A stretch of 64,000 bases of DNA, from the NCBI GenBank assembly GCA_044229245.1, contig JBGATI010000001.1:130346-194345 (forward strand). The letters run 5' to 3'. The DNA comes from Gemmatimonadales bacterium (GTDB taxonomy: Bacteria > Gemmatimonadota > Gemmatimonadetes > Gemmatimonadales > GWC2-71-9). The notes beneath the pieces are model-generated. The model ran no database searches, was not told where the DNA came from, and worked only from the letters and a program-made list of their open reading frames with translations. This document shows positions 20,069 to 31,259 of the stretch, piece by piece; the first letter of the stretch is position 1; every line of letters starts with the position of its first letter. The position numbers and the translations under genes are program-made.

Positions 20069-20335
20069 TCAGCCGGTCACGTCGAGACGAAGCCCGCGCG
20101 GTGCCGCCGGCGCCGTGCCGGGACGGCGCCCGGGGCCGTAGGTGATCGGGCCGAGGGCGGCGATCTGATCGAAGTACGCCTTCTCTTCCTCGTTCAGCAC
20201 CGCGCGAAGCCCCTCGGACGCCGTGGCCGTGGTTTCCTTTGCAGGAGCCGCGATGGGCTTGGGGGCAACACCGTAGGCCTTGGCCGCGCGGTCGATGGCA
20301 CGAGCTGCGGGAGGAAGCGAGCCGGGGATAGTCAT
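20069..20335 (-). CDS. Hypothetical 88-aa protein embedded between flgC and fliE
   Basis: The ORF exactly fills the flgC-fliE gap (14 nt after the flgC stop, and its stop lies 3 nt before the fliE start). I recognise no family. Confidence 0.55.
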   Translation of the reverse strand: MTIPGSLPPAARAIDRAAKAYGVAPKPIAAPAKETTATASEGLRAVLNEEEKAYFDQIAALGPITYGPGRRPGTAPAAPRGLRLDVTG

Positions 20336-20348
20336 GGATCAGTCTCGG

Positions 20349-20780
20349 TCAGATGTCGATGGCACGGCGGAGCATGGCCTTCGCGGCCTGGAACACGGTC
20401 GCGTTCGCCTCATGGACTCGGCGCGCGATCATCAGGTCGGTGATTTCAGTCTGGATGTCGACGTTCGGACGGGTGACGAACCCGTTGGCATCGGCGTCGG
20501 GATGCCCGGGCTCGTACTCCGAGGTGCCGGGTCGCGTGTCTTCGACGACCTGGGCCGCCTCGACGCCGCCGACCCCGTTCCGCTGGAAGACCACCACCTT
20601 CCGCTTGTACGGCCCGCCCTCGGGCGTGCGCGTCGTCTCGGCGTTGGCGATGTTCTCGGAGATCACATCGAGCGCCTTGTTCATCGCGCTCATGCCCGCC
20701 CCGCTGATGCCGAGCGGTCGGAGCAGCGAGCGGACGGGTCGGGGCGGCCAGGGGCCGCCGGCTCCGGTGATATCAGCCAT
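20349..20780 (-). CDS. flgC: Flagellar basal-body rod protein FlgC
   Basis: 143 aa. LDVISENIANAETTRTPEGGPYKRKVVVF at the N-terminus. C-terminus TDLMIARRVHEANATVFQAAKAMLRRAIDI. Confidence 0.92.
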   Translation of the reverse strand: MADITGAGGPWPPRPVRSLLRPLGISGAGMSAMNKALDVISENIANAETTRTPEGGPYKRKVVVFQRNGVGGVEAAQVVEDTRPGTSEYEPGHPDADANGFVTRPNVDIQTEITDLMIARRVHEANATVFQAAKAMLRRAIDI

Positions 20781-21066
20781 TGCTCTTCAGCGCGGTACGG
20801 AGTTGCTGATAGGCGGACTGCAGCAGCTTGGCGTTGGCGTCGAACCGGAGCTGGGTGCTCGCGAGGTCGACCATCTCCTGCTGGATGTCCACCTGAGGCT
20901 TCTTCCCCTGCTGGCCGGCCAGGGCCTGGCTGAAATCGGTGTTCCCGCTCGCATCGAGCGCCCCCGCCACACGGGCAGCGATCGCCTTATGGGTGCGAGT
21001 GGAGTCGTCCAGACTCCAGCGCAGATTCCCGATTCTCGTCTGATTGCCGAACAGCGCCGAGAACAT
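20773..21066 (-). CDS. flgB: Flagellar basal-body rod protein FlgB (short, divergent N-terminus)
   Basis: C-terminal VDIQQEMVDLASTQLRFDANAKLLQSAYQQLRTAL matches the FlgB tail. The start is placed at ATG 21066 (MFSALFGN), preceded by a GAGG Shine-Dalgarno sequence. The canonical IANxxTPGY motif is degenerate (IAARVAGA). Confidence 0.75.
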   Translation of the reverse strand: MFSALFGNQTRIGNLRWSLDDSTRTHKAIAARVAGALDASGNTDFSQALAGQQGKKPQVDIQQEMVDLASTQLRFDANAKLLQSAYQQLRTALKSNG

Positions 21067-21105
21067 TGCCGCCTCGCAGTGGTGTAAGGGTCCGCCGCGA
21101 TGGAA

Positions 21106-21120
21106 AGCAATCGGCATACC
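21106..21120 (-). promoter_or_regulatory. Sigma54-type -24/-12 promoter upstream of flgB
   Basis: The minus strand reads GGTATGCCGATTGCT (GG-N10-GC, with TTGCT at -12). It lies about 40 nt upstream of the flgB ATG and just downstream of the regulator's terminator. Confidence 0.5.
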
Positions 21121-21197
21121 GCACTCGGATTGCCGCTCGGGCAATCGAGGCAAGCCATTGCGCACGTTCGAGTTCGGAGGGGGAGAAGAAACGCGAA

Positions 21198-21219
21198 CGG
21201 CCCGCGAAAACGCGGGCCG
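21198..21219 (-). terminator. Intrinsic terminator after the sigma54 activator gene
   Basis: Perfect 9-bp stem CGGCCCGCG / CGCGGGCCG with a 4-nt loop. On the minus strand it is followed by TTCGCGTTTCTTCTCCC. Confidence 0.65.
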
Positions 21220-21261
21220 AGCGGAAAGAAGTTCCGGCTGAGGGGGAGCCGACTTGCCGGA

Positions 21262-22716
21262 CTATTCGGCTACGGCGGATTCTTCCTTGGGACCATTCAG
21301 CTTGTTGCGGAGCGTGCGCTCACTGATTCCGAGCAGCTTGGCGGCGCGGGTCCGATTTCCGCCAGTCTCGACCAGGGCGCGCTGGATCGCCACCCGCTCC
21401 AGGTCGTCGAGATTGAAGGAGTCGGGCGCGGCCTGACCGGTCGTCTCGGCCGCGGGTACGGCAGCGCTGGACCTGACTGCGGGAGCCGAGGGGAGCGGCG
21501 TTGCTCCGATACCGGCGATGGGCGCCATCGTCGCCGGCCTGATGGAGACCGCCTCGAGGATGCCCTGAAAGACCTCGGGACGCAGCACCCCGCCGCGCGA
21601 AAGGATCACGGCACGCTCCACCGCATTGCCGAGCTCGCGGACGTTGCCGGGCCAGGAGTGGCGCATCAGCAGGTCGGTCGTCTCACTGGCGACGCCCTGC
21701 ACCGAGACGCCGATCTCCTCCGCCGCGCGCCGGGCGAAGTGCTGCACCAGCATCGGGATGTCTTCCTTCCGCTCGCGCAGGGGCGGGGTGCGGATCGGCA
21801 TCACGTTGAGCCGGTAATACAGGTCGCTCCGGAACCGGCCCGCCTCGGCCTCATGCCGGAGATCGCGGTTGGTCGTCGCGATCAGACGCACGTCCACCCG
21901 GATCGCCTGGTGGCCGCCCACCCGCTCGAACTCATGCTCCTGCAGTACACGGAGCAGCTTCGACTGCAGGTCGAGCCGCATCTCCGAAATTTCGTCCAGC
22001 AGCAGGGTCCCGCCGTGAGCGCGTTCGAAGGCGCCGGCGGACCGCATGGTGGCACCGGTGAAGGATCCCTTCTCGTGGCCGAAGAGCGCGCTCTCGACGA
22101 GGCCCTCGGGCATCGCGGCGCAGTTGAGGCTGATGAAGGGGCCGTCGTGGCGCGGGCTCTGATCGTGGATGGCGCGAGCGAAGAGTTCCTTGCCGGTCCC
22201 GGATTCTCCCTCGAGCAGCACCGTCGCCTTGGTCGGCGCCACGGTGGCGATGGTCTCCATCACGCGGCGGAACTGCACGCTCTCGCCCACGAGGGCGCGA
22301 GTCGAGCGGAACTTGTTGATCTCCCGGCGGAACTGCTCGTTCTCGCGGCGAAGCCGGACGACTTCGAGCGCCTGGGTGACGGCGATCTCCAGCGTCTCCG
22401 GACGGATCGGCTTGGTGAGGTAGTCGATCGCACCCGACTTAATCGAAATGACGGCGTGTTCGATACTGGAGTAGCCGGTCATGATGATGACCGGGACCTG
22501 ATAGCCCTCTTTTTCGAGCAGACTGAGGAGGTCCAGGCCGGTGGCCTTGGGCATCCGATAGTCCGCGATGATCAGATCGACTGGGGTCCGGGTGACCGTC
22601 TTGATGGCTTCCTCGACGCTGGTGGCGAGGAGCGGACGATGCCCGATCTTGGAGAGATGGTGTTCGAGCACGACCCCGGTAGCGGGTTCGTCGTCGACAC
22701 AAAGGATGGTTGCCAT
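21262..22716 (-). CDS. Sigma54-dependent response regulator (NtrC/FlbD/FleR-like enhancer-binding protein)
   Basis: REC domain (ILCVDDEP...DLIIADYRMP), an AAA+ sigma54-interaction domain (GESGTGKELFARAIH, a GAFTGA-type EKGSFTGA, GGTLLLDEI) and a C-terminal Fis-type HTH (AAKLLGISERTLRNKL). The start at ATG 22716 has a GAGGGGGG Shine-Dalgarno sequence. The ORF-track start is 22749. Confidence 0.92.
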   Translation of the reverse strand: MATILCVDDEPATGVVLEHHLSKIGHRPLLATSVEEAIKTVTRTPVDLIIADYRMPKATGLDLLSLLEKEGYQVPVIIMTGYSSIEHAVISIKSGAIDYLTKPIRPETLEIAVTQALEVVRLRRENEQFRREINKFRSTRALVGESVQFRRVMETIATVAPTKATVLLEGESGTGKELFARAIHDQSPRHDGPFISLNCAAMPEGLVESALFGHEKGSFTGATMRSAGAFERAHGGTLLLDEISEMRLDLQSKLLRVLQEHEFERVGGHQAIRVDVRLIATTNRDLRHEAEAGRFRSDLYYRLNVMPIRTPPLRERKEDIPMLVQHFARRAAEEIGVSVQGVASETTDLLMRHSWPGNVRELGNAVERAVILSRGGVLRPEVFQGILEAVSIRPATMAPIAGIGATPLPSAPAVRSSAAVPAAETTGQAAPDSFNLDDLERVAIQRALVETGGNRTRAAKLLGISERTLRNKLNGPKEESAVAE

Positions 22717-22825
22717 AGCCCCCCTCGACAGCGAAATGATCCCGGACATCGCAGGCCTCAGGGCTCGACCGGGACAGGGAGGGGGGCCCCGAATGCCGTT
22801 CGATGGTGTCTGCGAATGTCTGGCC

Positions 22826-22853
22826 TAAAGTTCGCCTCTAATGTAGCCGATAC
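22826..22853 (+). promoter_or_regulatory. Sigma28 (FliA)-type promoter upstream of flgL
   Basis: TAAAGTTCGCC...N16 total...GCCGATAC, against the consensus TAAA-N15-GCCGATAA. It lies 35 nt upstream of the flgL ATG. Confidence 0.6.
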
Positions 22854-22887
22854 GGAAAATATTGCCACCCTCCTTCCGGGTCGTCGC

Positions 22888-23760
22888 ATGCGGATTTCGA
22901 ACAGCCTCCTTCAGTCCCGGGTCCTTCGCGACCTCCAGGGCAACCTCGCCAACCTGGCGCAGACCCAGGCGCAAGTCTCTTCTGGCAAACGATTTGAGCG
23001 AATGTCCGAGGACCCGTTGGCGGGGACCCAGGTGCTCAGCGCCGACCGGGGACTCCGGGCGATCGAGCAGTATCGGAGGAATTCCTCCAGCGCCCGGGCC
23101 CGGACCGACGCCGAGGAGTCGGTGCTCTCCCAGATGACCGACCTGATCTCCCGGGCTAAGCAACTGGCGCTCCAGGAAGGCTCTGCCGGGGGAAGCGCAT
23201 TGACCCGGTCGGCCGCGAAGGCCGAGGTGGACCGGATCATTGAGCAGGTCGTCGCGCTCGGGAATACCCAGGTCGGCAGCGAGTACCTCTTCGCCGGCAA
23301 TCAGACCACGACCAAGCCATTCGACGCCGCCGGCCTCTACTACGGCGACAACGGGACCCGTCAGGCCGAGATCGGCCAGAACTACAAGCTTACGACCAAC
23401 CACACCGGCCAGGAGCTGCTGGTCTCGAGCGGGGTGCTGTCCTCCCTGCAGGGGCTGAGCACCGCGCTCAACGCCGGCATCCCCAGCACCATCGGCGCGA
23501 GCGCTTTCGCCTTGGACAGCGCCTTCGATGCCACTCAGACCATGCTGGCCACCAACGGCGCGCGCGTGCGCCAGATCGAGTCCGCCATGCAGAACACGGA
23601 TGCGCTGGAAACCAGCTTCACCGCGAAGAAGAGCGATGCCCAGGGGATCGACCTCGAGGTGGCTACGACCAAGTTCGTCGGGGCACAGAACACGCTGCAG
23701 GCGGCGCTGCTCTCGACCTCGAAGATCCTCAACACCTCGCTGACGGATTACCTCCGGTGA
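22888..23760 (+). CDS. flgL: Flagellar hook-filament junction protein FlgL (HAP3)
   Basis: 290 aa. MRISNSLLQSRVLRDLQGNLANLAQTQAQVSSGKRFERMSEDP (flagellin_N-like) and a C-terminal flagellin_C-like helix. This is the last third of the 886-aa track ORF. The upstream part of that ORF is antisense to the regulator gene. Confidence 0.88.
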   Translation: MRISNSLLQSRVLRDLQGNLANLAQTQAQVSSGKRFERMSEDPLAGTQVLSADRGLRAIEQYRRNSSSARARTDAEESVLSQMTDLISRAKQLALQEGSAGGSALTRSAAKAEVDRIIEQVVALGNTQVGSEYLFAGNQTTTKPFDAAGLYYGDNGTRQAEIGQNYKLTTNHTGQELLVSSGVLSSLQGLSTALNAGIPSTIGASAFALDSAFDATQTMLATNGARVRQIESAMQNTDALETSFTAKKSDAQGIDLEVATTKFVGAQNTLQAALLSTSKILNTSLTDYLR

Positions 23761-24224
23761 CCGCTCCCACCCAGCCGGCCGCGCCGGCCGGTGAGACGCT
23801 GTTCATCGCCTCGCGCCTCTTCGGCCCGCTCCAGGTCCCGCGCAGCGACGTCATCGTCATGCCGGAGGGGATGCTCGGCTTCGCCGGCGAGCGCCGCTTC
23901 ATCATGCTCCCCGCCGCGCCGGACGGCATCTTCTGGCTGCAGAGCATCGACGAAGGGGGGCTCGTCTTCCTGCTGGTCGATCCATTCATCTACTTCCCGG
24001 GCTACGTGGTCGACCTCCCCGAGACGCCGGATCCCGCACCGGGCGAGGAAGTGGCCGTCCTCGCGATCGTCACCCTTCCGCGGGGCGACACCGACATGTG
24101 CACGGCCAACCTGCAGGGCCCGCTGGTCATCCACTTCCCGACCCGGATCGCTCGTCAGGTCGTGCTGCCCGACAGCCACTACCACACGAAGCACCCGCTC
24201 GACCTGCGCGAGAAGCTCGGATGA
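23757..24224 (+). CDS. fliW: Flagellar assembly factor FliW
   Basis: 155 aa. FliW-family features (MPEGMLGFAGERRFIML, FWLQSIDEGGLVFLLVDPF, ANLQGPLVI). GTGA overlap with the flgL stop. Confidence 0.9.
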   Translation: MTAPTQPAAPAGETLFIASRLFGPLQVPRSDVIVMPEGMLGFAGERRFIMLPAAPDGIFWLQSIDEGGLVFLLVDPFIYFPGYVVDLPETPDPAPGEEVAVLAIVTLPRGDTDMCTANLQGPLVIHFPTRIARQVVLPDSHYHTKHPLDLREKLG

Positions 24225-25486
24225 AGTCGACCGGAACGCGACCGGTGCCCGCAGCGAGCACGGTGCGTCCGTCCCCCGACCCGGCGCCACTCACGCAGGG
24301 CCTCCTGCCCGAAGCCGTCGTCCTCGACTGGCCGATCGGCACCGGCACGGGGTGGCAGGTCTTCGGGCTGAATCTCGCGCTGGAGCTGGTGCGGGACGGC
24401 CGGGTGACCCCGCTGCTGCTCGAACCCGCGGACCCGGCCGCGCTCCATCCCCTGCACCGCTTCGCGCTGACACTGCCACTCGCCCAGCAGACCGAGCTGC
24501 GCGACCTGCTCCATTCGGCCGGCCCGGCCGGGCTGCGGACCGACTTCCCTGTGCTCCGCGCGCTCGGCAACGGCTTCCAGGGCAACGACGCGGGCCTGCG
24601 CCTCACAAGTCCCCGCAATCTCGGCGTGATTTTCTTCGAGGACACCGCCCTCGGCCCCGAGGCGCTCGCCCGCGCCCGGAGCCACGACGCGATCGTGGCC
24701 GGCTCGGCCTGGAACGGCGCAGTGCTGCGCGCCGCCGGCCTCTCCGCCGTGCACGTGATTCCGCAGGGCATCGACCCGGCCGTCTTCCACCCGGCACCTC
24801 GCAGCGGACTGCTGCGCGACCGCTTCGTGGTCTTCAGCGGAGGAAAGCTCGAGTACCGCAAGGGACAGGATCTGGTGGTCGCGGCCTTCCGGGAATTCTC
24901 CTCCCGTCACCGCGACGCCCTCCTGGTCACGGCATGGCACAACCCGTGGCCGCAAACCATGGTCGGAATCGACAGCGCCGGCCACGTGCGCGGCCTGCCA
25001 GCACTGGACGGACGCGGGCGGCTGGCCCTCGCTCCATGGCTGGTCGCGAATGGACTGCGTCCCGAGGCCGTCCTCGATCTCGGCGCCCTGCCCAATCAGC
25101 AGATGGCGCAGACCATCCGGGAGTGCGATGTCGCCCTCTTCCCGAATCGCTGCGAGGGCGGCACCAATCTCGTCGCGATGGAAACGATGGCCTGTGGTGT
25201 TCCGGTGATTCTTTCCGCCAATACCGGGCACCTGGATCTGCTCGCGGAGTCCGGCGCCGCGATCCCTCTCACCCGGCAGCAGCCGGTCCGCGGGCGCTGC
25301 CCGCTGTTCCGGGGCACCGAGGGGTGGGGCGAGAGTGATGTGGCGGAGATGGTCGAGCGGCTGGAGGAGGCGTATCGCGACCGCAACGCCATTCGGGAGC
25401 GCGGGGCCCGTGGTGCGGGATTCCTGCACCGGGCCTGGACCTGGCGGCAGCGTACCGCGGAGATGCTCGAGGTCCTCGCCGGCTGA
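24221..25486 (+). CDS. GT4-type (GT-B) glycosyltransferase, translationally coupled to fliW
   Basis: 421 aa from ATG 24221 (ATGA overlap with the fliW stop). Contains an EX7E-type motif FPNRCEGGTNLVAMETMACGVPVILSANTGH. Confidence 0.8.
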   Translation: MKSTGTRPVPAASTVRPSPDPAPLTQGLLPEAVVLDWPIGTGTGWQVFGLNLALELVRDGRVTPLLLEPADPAALHPLHRFALTLPLAQQTELRDLLHSAGPAGLRTDFPVLRALGNGFQGNDAGLRLTSPRNLGVIFFEDTALGPEALARARSHDAIVAGSAWNGAVLRAAGLSAVHVIPQGIDPAVFHPAPRSGLLRDRFVVFSGGKLEYRKGQDLVVAAFREFSSRHRDALLVTAWHNPWPQTMVGIDSAGHVRGLPALDGRGRLALAPWLVANGLRPEAVLDLGALPNQQMAQTIRECDVALFPNRCEGGTNLVAMETMACGVPVILSANTGHLDLLAESGAAIPLTRQQPVRGRCPLFRGTEGWGESDVAEMVERLEEAYRDRNAIRERGARGAGFLHRAWTWRQRTAEMLEVLAG

Positions 25487-25494
25487 GGTGTCGC

Positions 25495-25516
25495 CACGCC
25501 GCGCCGCCGCGGCGTG
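25495..25516. terminator. GC-rich hairpin between convergent GT4 and TPR-GT genes (possible bidirectional terminator)
   Basis: CACGCCGCG-ccgc-CGCGGCGTG, a perfect 9-bp stem. There is no U-tract on either side. Confidence 0.4.
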
Positions 25517-25519
25517 ATG

Positions 25520-27672
<2,153 letters not shown>

Positions 27673-27676
<4 letters not shown>

Positions 27677-29175
27677 ACCGGCACCGGGGCGTCGGTGAAG
27701 AGCACGTTGTAGACGTATTCGAAGGTGTGGGTCTCCTCGGGCGGGAACGGGATCAGGAACGGCGCCTCGGGGATCATGCGATAGCAGCCGTATCCGCAGG
27801 CCTGCATGAAGGCCCGCATCCCCTGCCCGCTGGTGCCCATCTTCTGGAGCGCAAACTCGTTGATCTCGCAGATCACGTACGGGACCTTGCGCGCCATCAG
27901 CAGCAGCATCGCCCCCTTGAGTACCCGGTGTTCCGAACCTTCCGCGTCCACCTTCACCAGCCGGACCCGCTGTCCGGCGGTCGCGGCAAGGAGCTGTCCC
28001 AGGGTCCCCCGGCGCACCGTCTTCACTTCGTGATGCTCACGGCTCCGGCTGTTGAACGGATGCTCGCCCACATCCCAGAGGGCGTGCCCGCCGGTATTGT
28101 CGGCATTCACGTGCAGTTCGGCCTCGCCCTCCTGGTCCCCGACCGCCTCCTCGAAGAGCTCGACATTGCCCACGCCGTTCAGGGCGATGTGCTCGCGGAT
28201 GTGGCTGGCATTTCGTGGCTCGGGCTCGAAGGTGTAGACGTGTCCTTCCGCCCCGACCGCATGGGCGGCGAGCATGGAGAAGTATCCCACGTGGCCGCCG
28301 ACATCGATGAAGGTGTCGCCCTCCTCGAGCACGTTGGTGATGAAGTAGGACACCTCCGGCTCGTAGAACTCGCCCGCGGCGAGGGCCTGCAGCATCGGCC
28401 CCTCGCTGGCCTCGCCCGAGTCGAGCCGCAGCGTGAGCGCGAGCTGGCGTCCGGAGGCCTGGAACGACACTTCGACCTCCTGCACCGGGTCGGCGGGCCG
28501 TTCCTGAGCCGGCGCGGAGCGCGGACGCGGCGCCGACACCTCGCGCTTCCGGAGCACGAAGCCCCAGTACATGTCCGGGCCGGCGGGCACCTGCAGATCG
28601 ATGCGGATGCCGTCGACGAGATCGAAGCCCGCGCGCTCCATCAGGCTGAGCCACGCCGCCTGACCGAGGACGCTGTAGTGGTTCGGATTCAGCTCATGGT
28701 GGCAGGCGGTCTCGGGCGCCGGGACTTCCACGTACAGCGCGCCCCCCGGGGCGAGCACGCGGGCAAATTCCGTCAGCGTGAAGTACGGCGCCACACTGTG
28801 CTCGAGGGCGTGGCGGCACCAGATCAGGTCGAAGCTCCCGGCCTCGTACTCGAGGAAGGACTGGTCCATCTCGGCCACGTCGAACCCGCGTGCCTGACAC
28901 GCCGTCAGGTCATCCTGCCCGATCGTGATGCCGATGGCCTGCAGTCCGGCCGCACGGAAGAGCTCGAGCGCCAGGCCCTGGCCGCAGCCGACGTCGAGCA
29001 CCCGGGCTCCTGGGGCGAGCGGCACGGTCGCGCGTACCCGCTCCCACATCTGCCGGGTGATGTCGGTGTGCTGCTGCGACGGCAGTTCGGGATAGACGTC
29101 GTCCCGCAGCCGGGCCAGGAACTCGGTGAAGCGGGCAGCCTGCTGGTCGGCGACGGGGATGGAACTGGCGGTCAT
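27673..29175 (-). CDS. Fused double methyltransferase (class I SAM-MTase domain plus FkbM-family MTase domain)
   Basis: 500 aa. N-terminal domain has VLDVGCGQGLALELF...DLIWCRHALEH. C-terminal domain has TFIDVGGHVGYFS...LVKVDAEGSEHRVLKG (FkbM-type). ATGA overlap with the upstream gene's stop. Confidence 0.8.
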
Positions 29176-31259
29176 GGAGCGCTCTCCTCGAGGGCGGCGC
29201 GGATGGTGGAGACAACCGAGCCCCAGTCACCGGGAGACGGCTGGCGAAACAGTCGGGCAGTCGGGTACCAGGGGCTGTCGGGGCGGTCCAGCAGATAGCG
29301 CCAGCAGCAGGTGTGGGAGAGCATCAGCCAGACGGGGCGCGCGAGGGCCCCGGCGAGGTGCGCGACCGAGGTATCGATGGTGATGATGAGATCGAGTTCC
29401 TGCATGAGCGCCGCCGTGTCGGCGAAGTCGCCGAGTCGCGCCGTCGGATCGAGCATGCGCGCCGCGTCAGGCACCGCCGCGAGTTCGGCGGCCGTGGAGC
29501 CCACCTGCAGGTTGACCCAGTCGATCCCTGTCATGGCAAGGAGCGGAGCCAGTGCCGGGAACGGCACCGAGCGGAACCGGTTGTTCGACTGCGCGGGAGA
29601 CCCCGACCAGACCAGCCCGACACGACGCCGGCCGGAGGCGGGAGGAAGCTGAGGCGCCGCCGCCTCTGGAGCACGCAGATAGGGCACGGCGTTGGGAATC
29701 GTGTCGAGGGTCGTGCCGAAGAGATGCGGCAGGCTCATCATCGCGACCTGATAGTCCGCCTGTACCTCGGTCGCCCCGGGCTCGACGAACTCCGCGACGC
29801 CGGCCAGGCTCTCGAACAGCCGGCGCAGCGGCGACTGCACCTGCAGCAGGACCTTCGCGCCGTGCCCGGCCAGCATCGGGAGGTAGCGGGCGAAGTGGAT
29901 GCTGTCGCCGAATCCCTGCTCCCAGAACACCAGCAGGCGCTTGCCCGCGAGGGGTTCACCCATCCAGCGCGGGAGGCGATAGGGCATCGGACGCAGGCGG
30001 CGCCGCTGGGCCTGGAAGCGCCACTCGAATTCGCGCCACCCTTCCTCATACCTGCCGAGACGCAGGAGCGGCAGCGCGAGATTCCAGTGCGCCTCGCTGT
30101 TGCCCGGCTGCCCGGCGATCGCCTCCCGGCAGGCGCTGATGGCCTGCTCCGCCTTCCCTACTTCGCTGAGCGCGCGACCGAGGGCCGAGAGCGCCGTGGG
30201 CATGCCGGGATTGATCGAGAGCGCCCGCTCGGCTGCCGGGATGGCTTCCTCGTAGCGTCCCATGTCGCAGAGGGCGCAGGCGCGATTGACGTGCGCCTCC
30301 GCCGCGCGTGGGTTGCTGGCACAGGCGCGATCGAAACAGGTGAGCGCATCGGCGGCACGGCCGAGATCGAGATAGACCGCGCCGAGGTTGCACAGCGCCA
30401 TCACGTGACGCGGGTCGCGCGCGACCACCGATTCGAGGATCGGGAGCGCGTCGGCGTGCCGGTCGAGCGCACGGAGGGCCGCGCCGAGATTCGAGGCGGC
30501 GAGAACCGACGAGGGATCGGCGCGCGTGGCGATCTCGAAGTAGCGCAGCGCCGCCGCCGGATCGCCGCGCCGGAGCGCGAGGACGCCGAGGCCGGTGTTC
30601 GCCTCGAAATCGGCGGGAGCGAGCCGCGCCGCGGCGTGATAGCTCGCGAGTGCCGCCTCCGGTTTGCCCCGGTCGAGCTGCACCCCGCCGAGCACGCCCA
30701 GCGCGGTCACATCGCGGGGCGCCAGGGCGAGCAGCGCTTCGAGCTCTGCCTCCCCCGAGGCCAGATCTCCTACCGCGCAGAGGGCACGCGCCAGCGCGAG
30801 CCGGGAGGCGTGCTGCGACGGCCGCGCGGCGAGCGCCTGACGATAGGCCGCGATCGCCTCGGTGAGCGCCCCGGACGCGACGAGGCCGCCGGCGAGATTG
30901 TGTAGCATCTCCGGCTCGCCCGGGGCGGAGGCGAGCGCGCGGCGGTAGGCGGTGACGGCATCCTTGGGCCGTCCCTGTGCGAGGCGAATGTTCCCGAGGG
31001 TCGTCAGCGCGGCCGGGAAATCGGTCCGCCAGTTGAGGGCGCGGCGAACCAGATCGGCCGCTGCCCCCTGATCGCCGCGCTGGTGCGCCGCGAGTCCGAG
31101 CAGGTGGAGTGCATCGGCCTGCCGGGGGTCCTCGAGGAGGATGCTTCTATAGAGGTCCTCCGCGTCGGCGAGGCGGCCGGCCTGATGATGCGCCACGCCC
31201 TCCATGAGGAGCGCAGCGATTCTGGCAGGATCCCGATTGGCGGCAACTTGTGATGGCAT
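29172..31259 (-). CDS. TPR-repeat protein with C-terminal GT9-like glycosyltransferase domain, paralog 2
   Basis: About 695 aa from ATG 31259 (the ORF track uses a TTG at 31307). TPR repeats, then FEWRFQ...RWMGEPLAGKRLLVFWEQGFGDSIHFARYLP...VGLVWSGS...DLIITIDTSVAHLAGALARPVWLML...PWYPTARLFRQ. The start is uncertain. Confidence 0.75.
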   Translation of the reverse strand: MPSQVAANRDPARIAALLMEGVAHHQAGRLADAEDLYRSILLEDPRQADALHLLGLAAHQRGDQGAAADLVRRALNWRTDFPAALTTLGNIRLAQGRPKDAVTAYRRALASAPGEPEMLHNLAGGLVASGALTEAIAAYRQALAARPSQHASRLALARALCAVGDLASGEAELEALLALAPRDVTALGVLGGVQLDRGKPEAALASYHAAARLAPADFEANTGLGVLALRRGDPAAALRYFEIATRADPSSVLAASNLGAALRALDRHADALPILESVVARDPRHVMALCNLGAVYLDLGRAADALTCFDRACASNPRAAEAHVNRACALCDMGRYEEAIPAAERALSINPGMPTALSALGRALSEVGKAEQAISACREAIAGQPGNSEAHWNLALPLLRLGRYEEGWREFEWRFQAQRRRLRPMPYRLPRWMGEPLAGKRLLVFWEQGFGDSIHFARYLPMLAGHGAKVLLQVQSPLRRLFESLAGVAEFVEPGATEVQADYQVAMMSLPHLFGTTLDTIPNAVPYLRAPEAAAPQLPPASGRRRVGLVWSGSPAQSNNRFRSVPFPALAPLLAMTGIDWVNLQVGSTAAELAAVPDAARMLDPTARLGDFADTAALMQELDLIITIDTSVAHLAGALARPVWLMLSHTCCWRYLLDRPDSPWYPTARLFRQPSPGDWGSVVSTIRAALEESAP

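Noticed and set aside
21100-22887. First two-thirds of the 886-aa plus-strand ORF 21100..23760
   Set aside because: It is antisense to the well-supported sigma54 activator gene and has a low-complexity Arg/Gly/Asp composition. Only the last 290 codons (flgL, from ATG 22888, behind a sigma28 promoter) look like a real protein.
24127-25429. Minus-strand ORFs 24127..24861 and 24179..25429 opposite the GT4 gene
   Set aside because: They are antisense to a gene with a clear EX7E glycosyltransferase motif and operon coupling to fliW. The products are Arg/Pro/Gly-rich.
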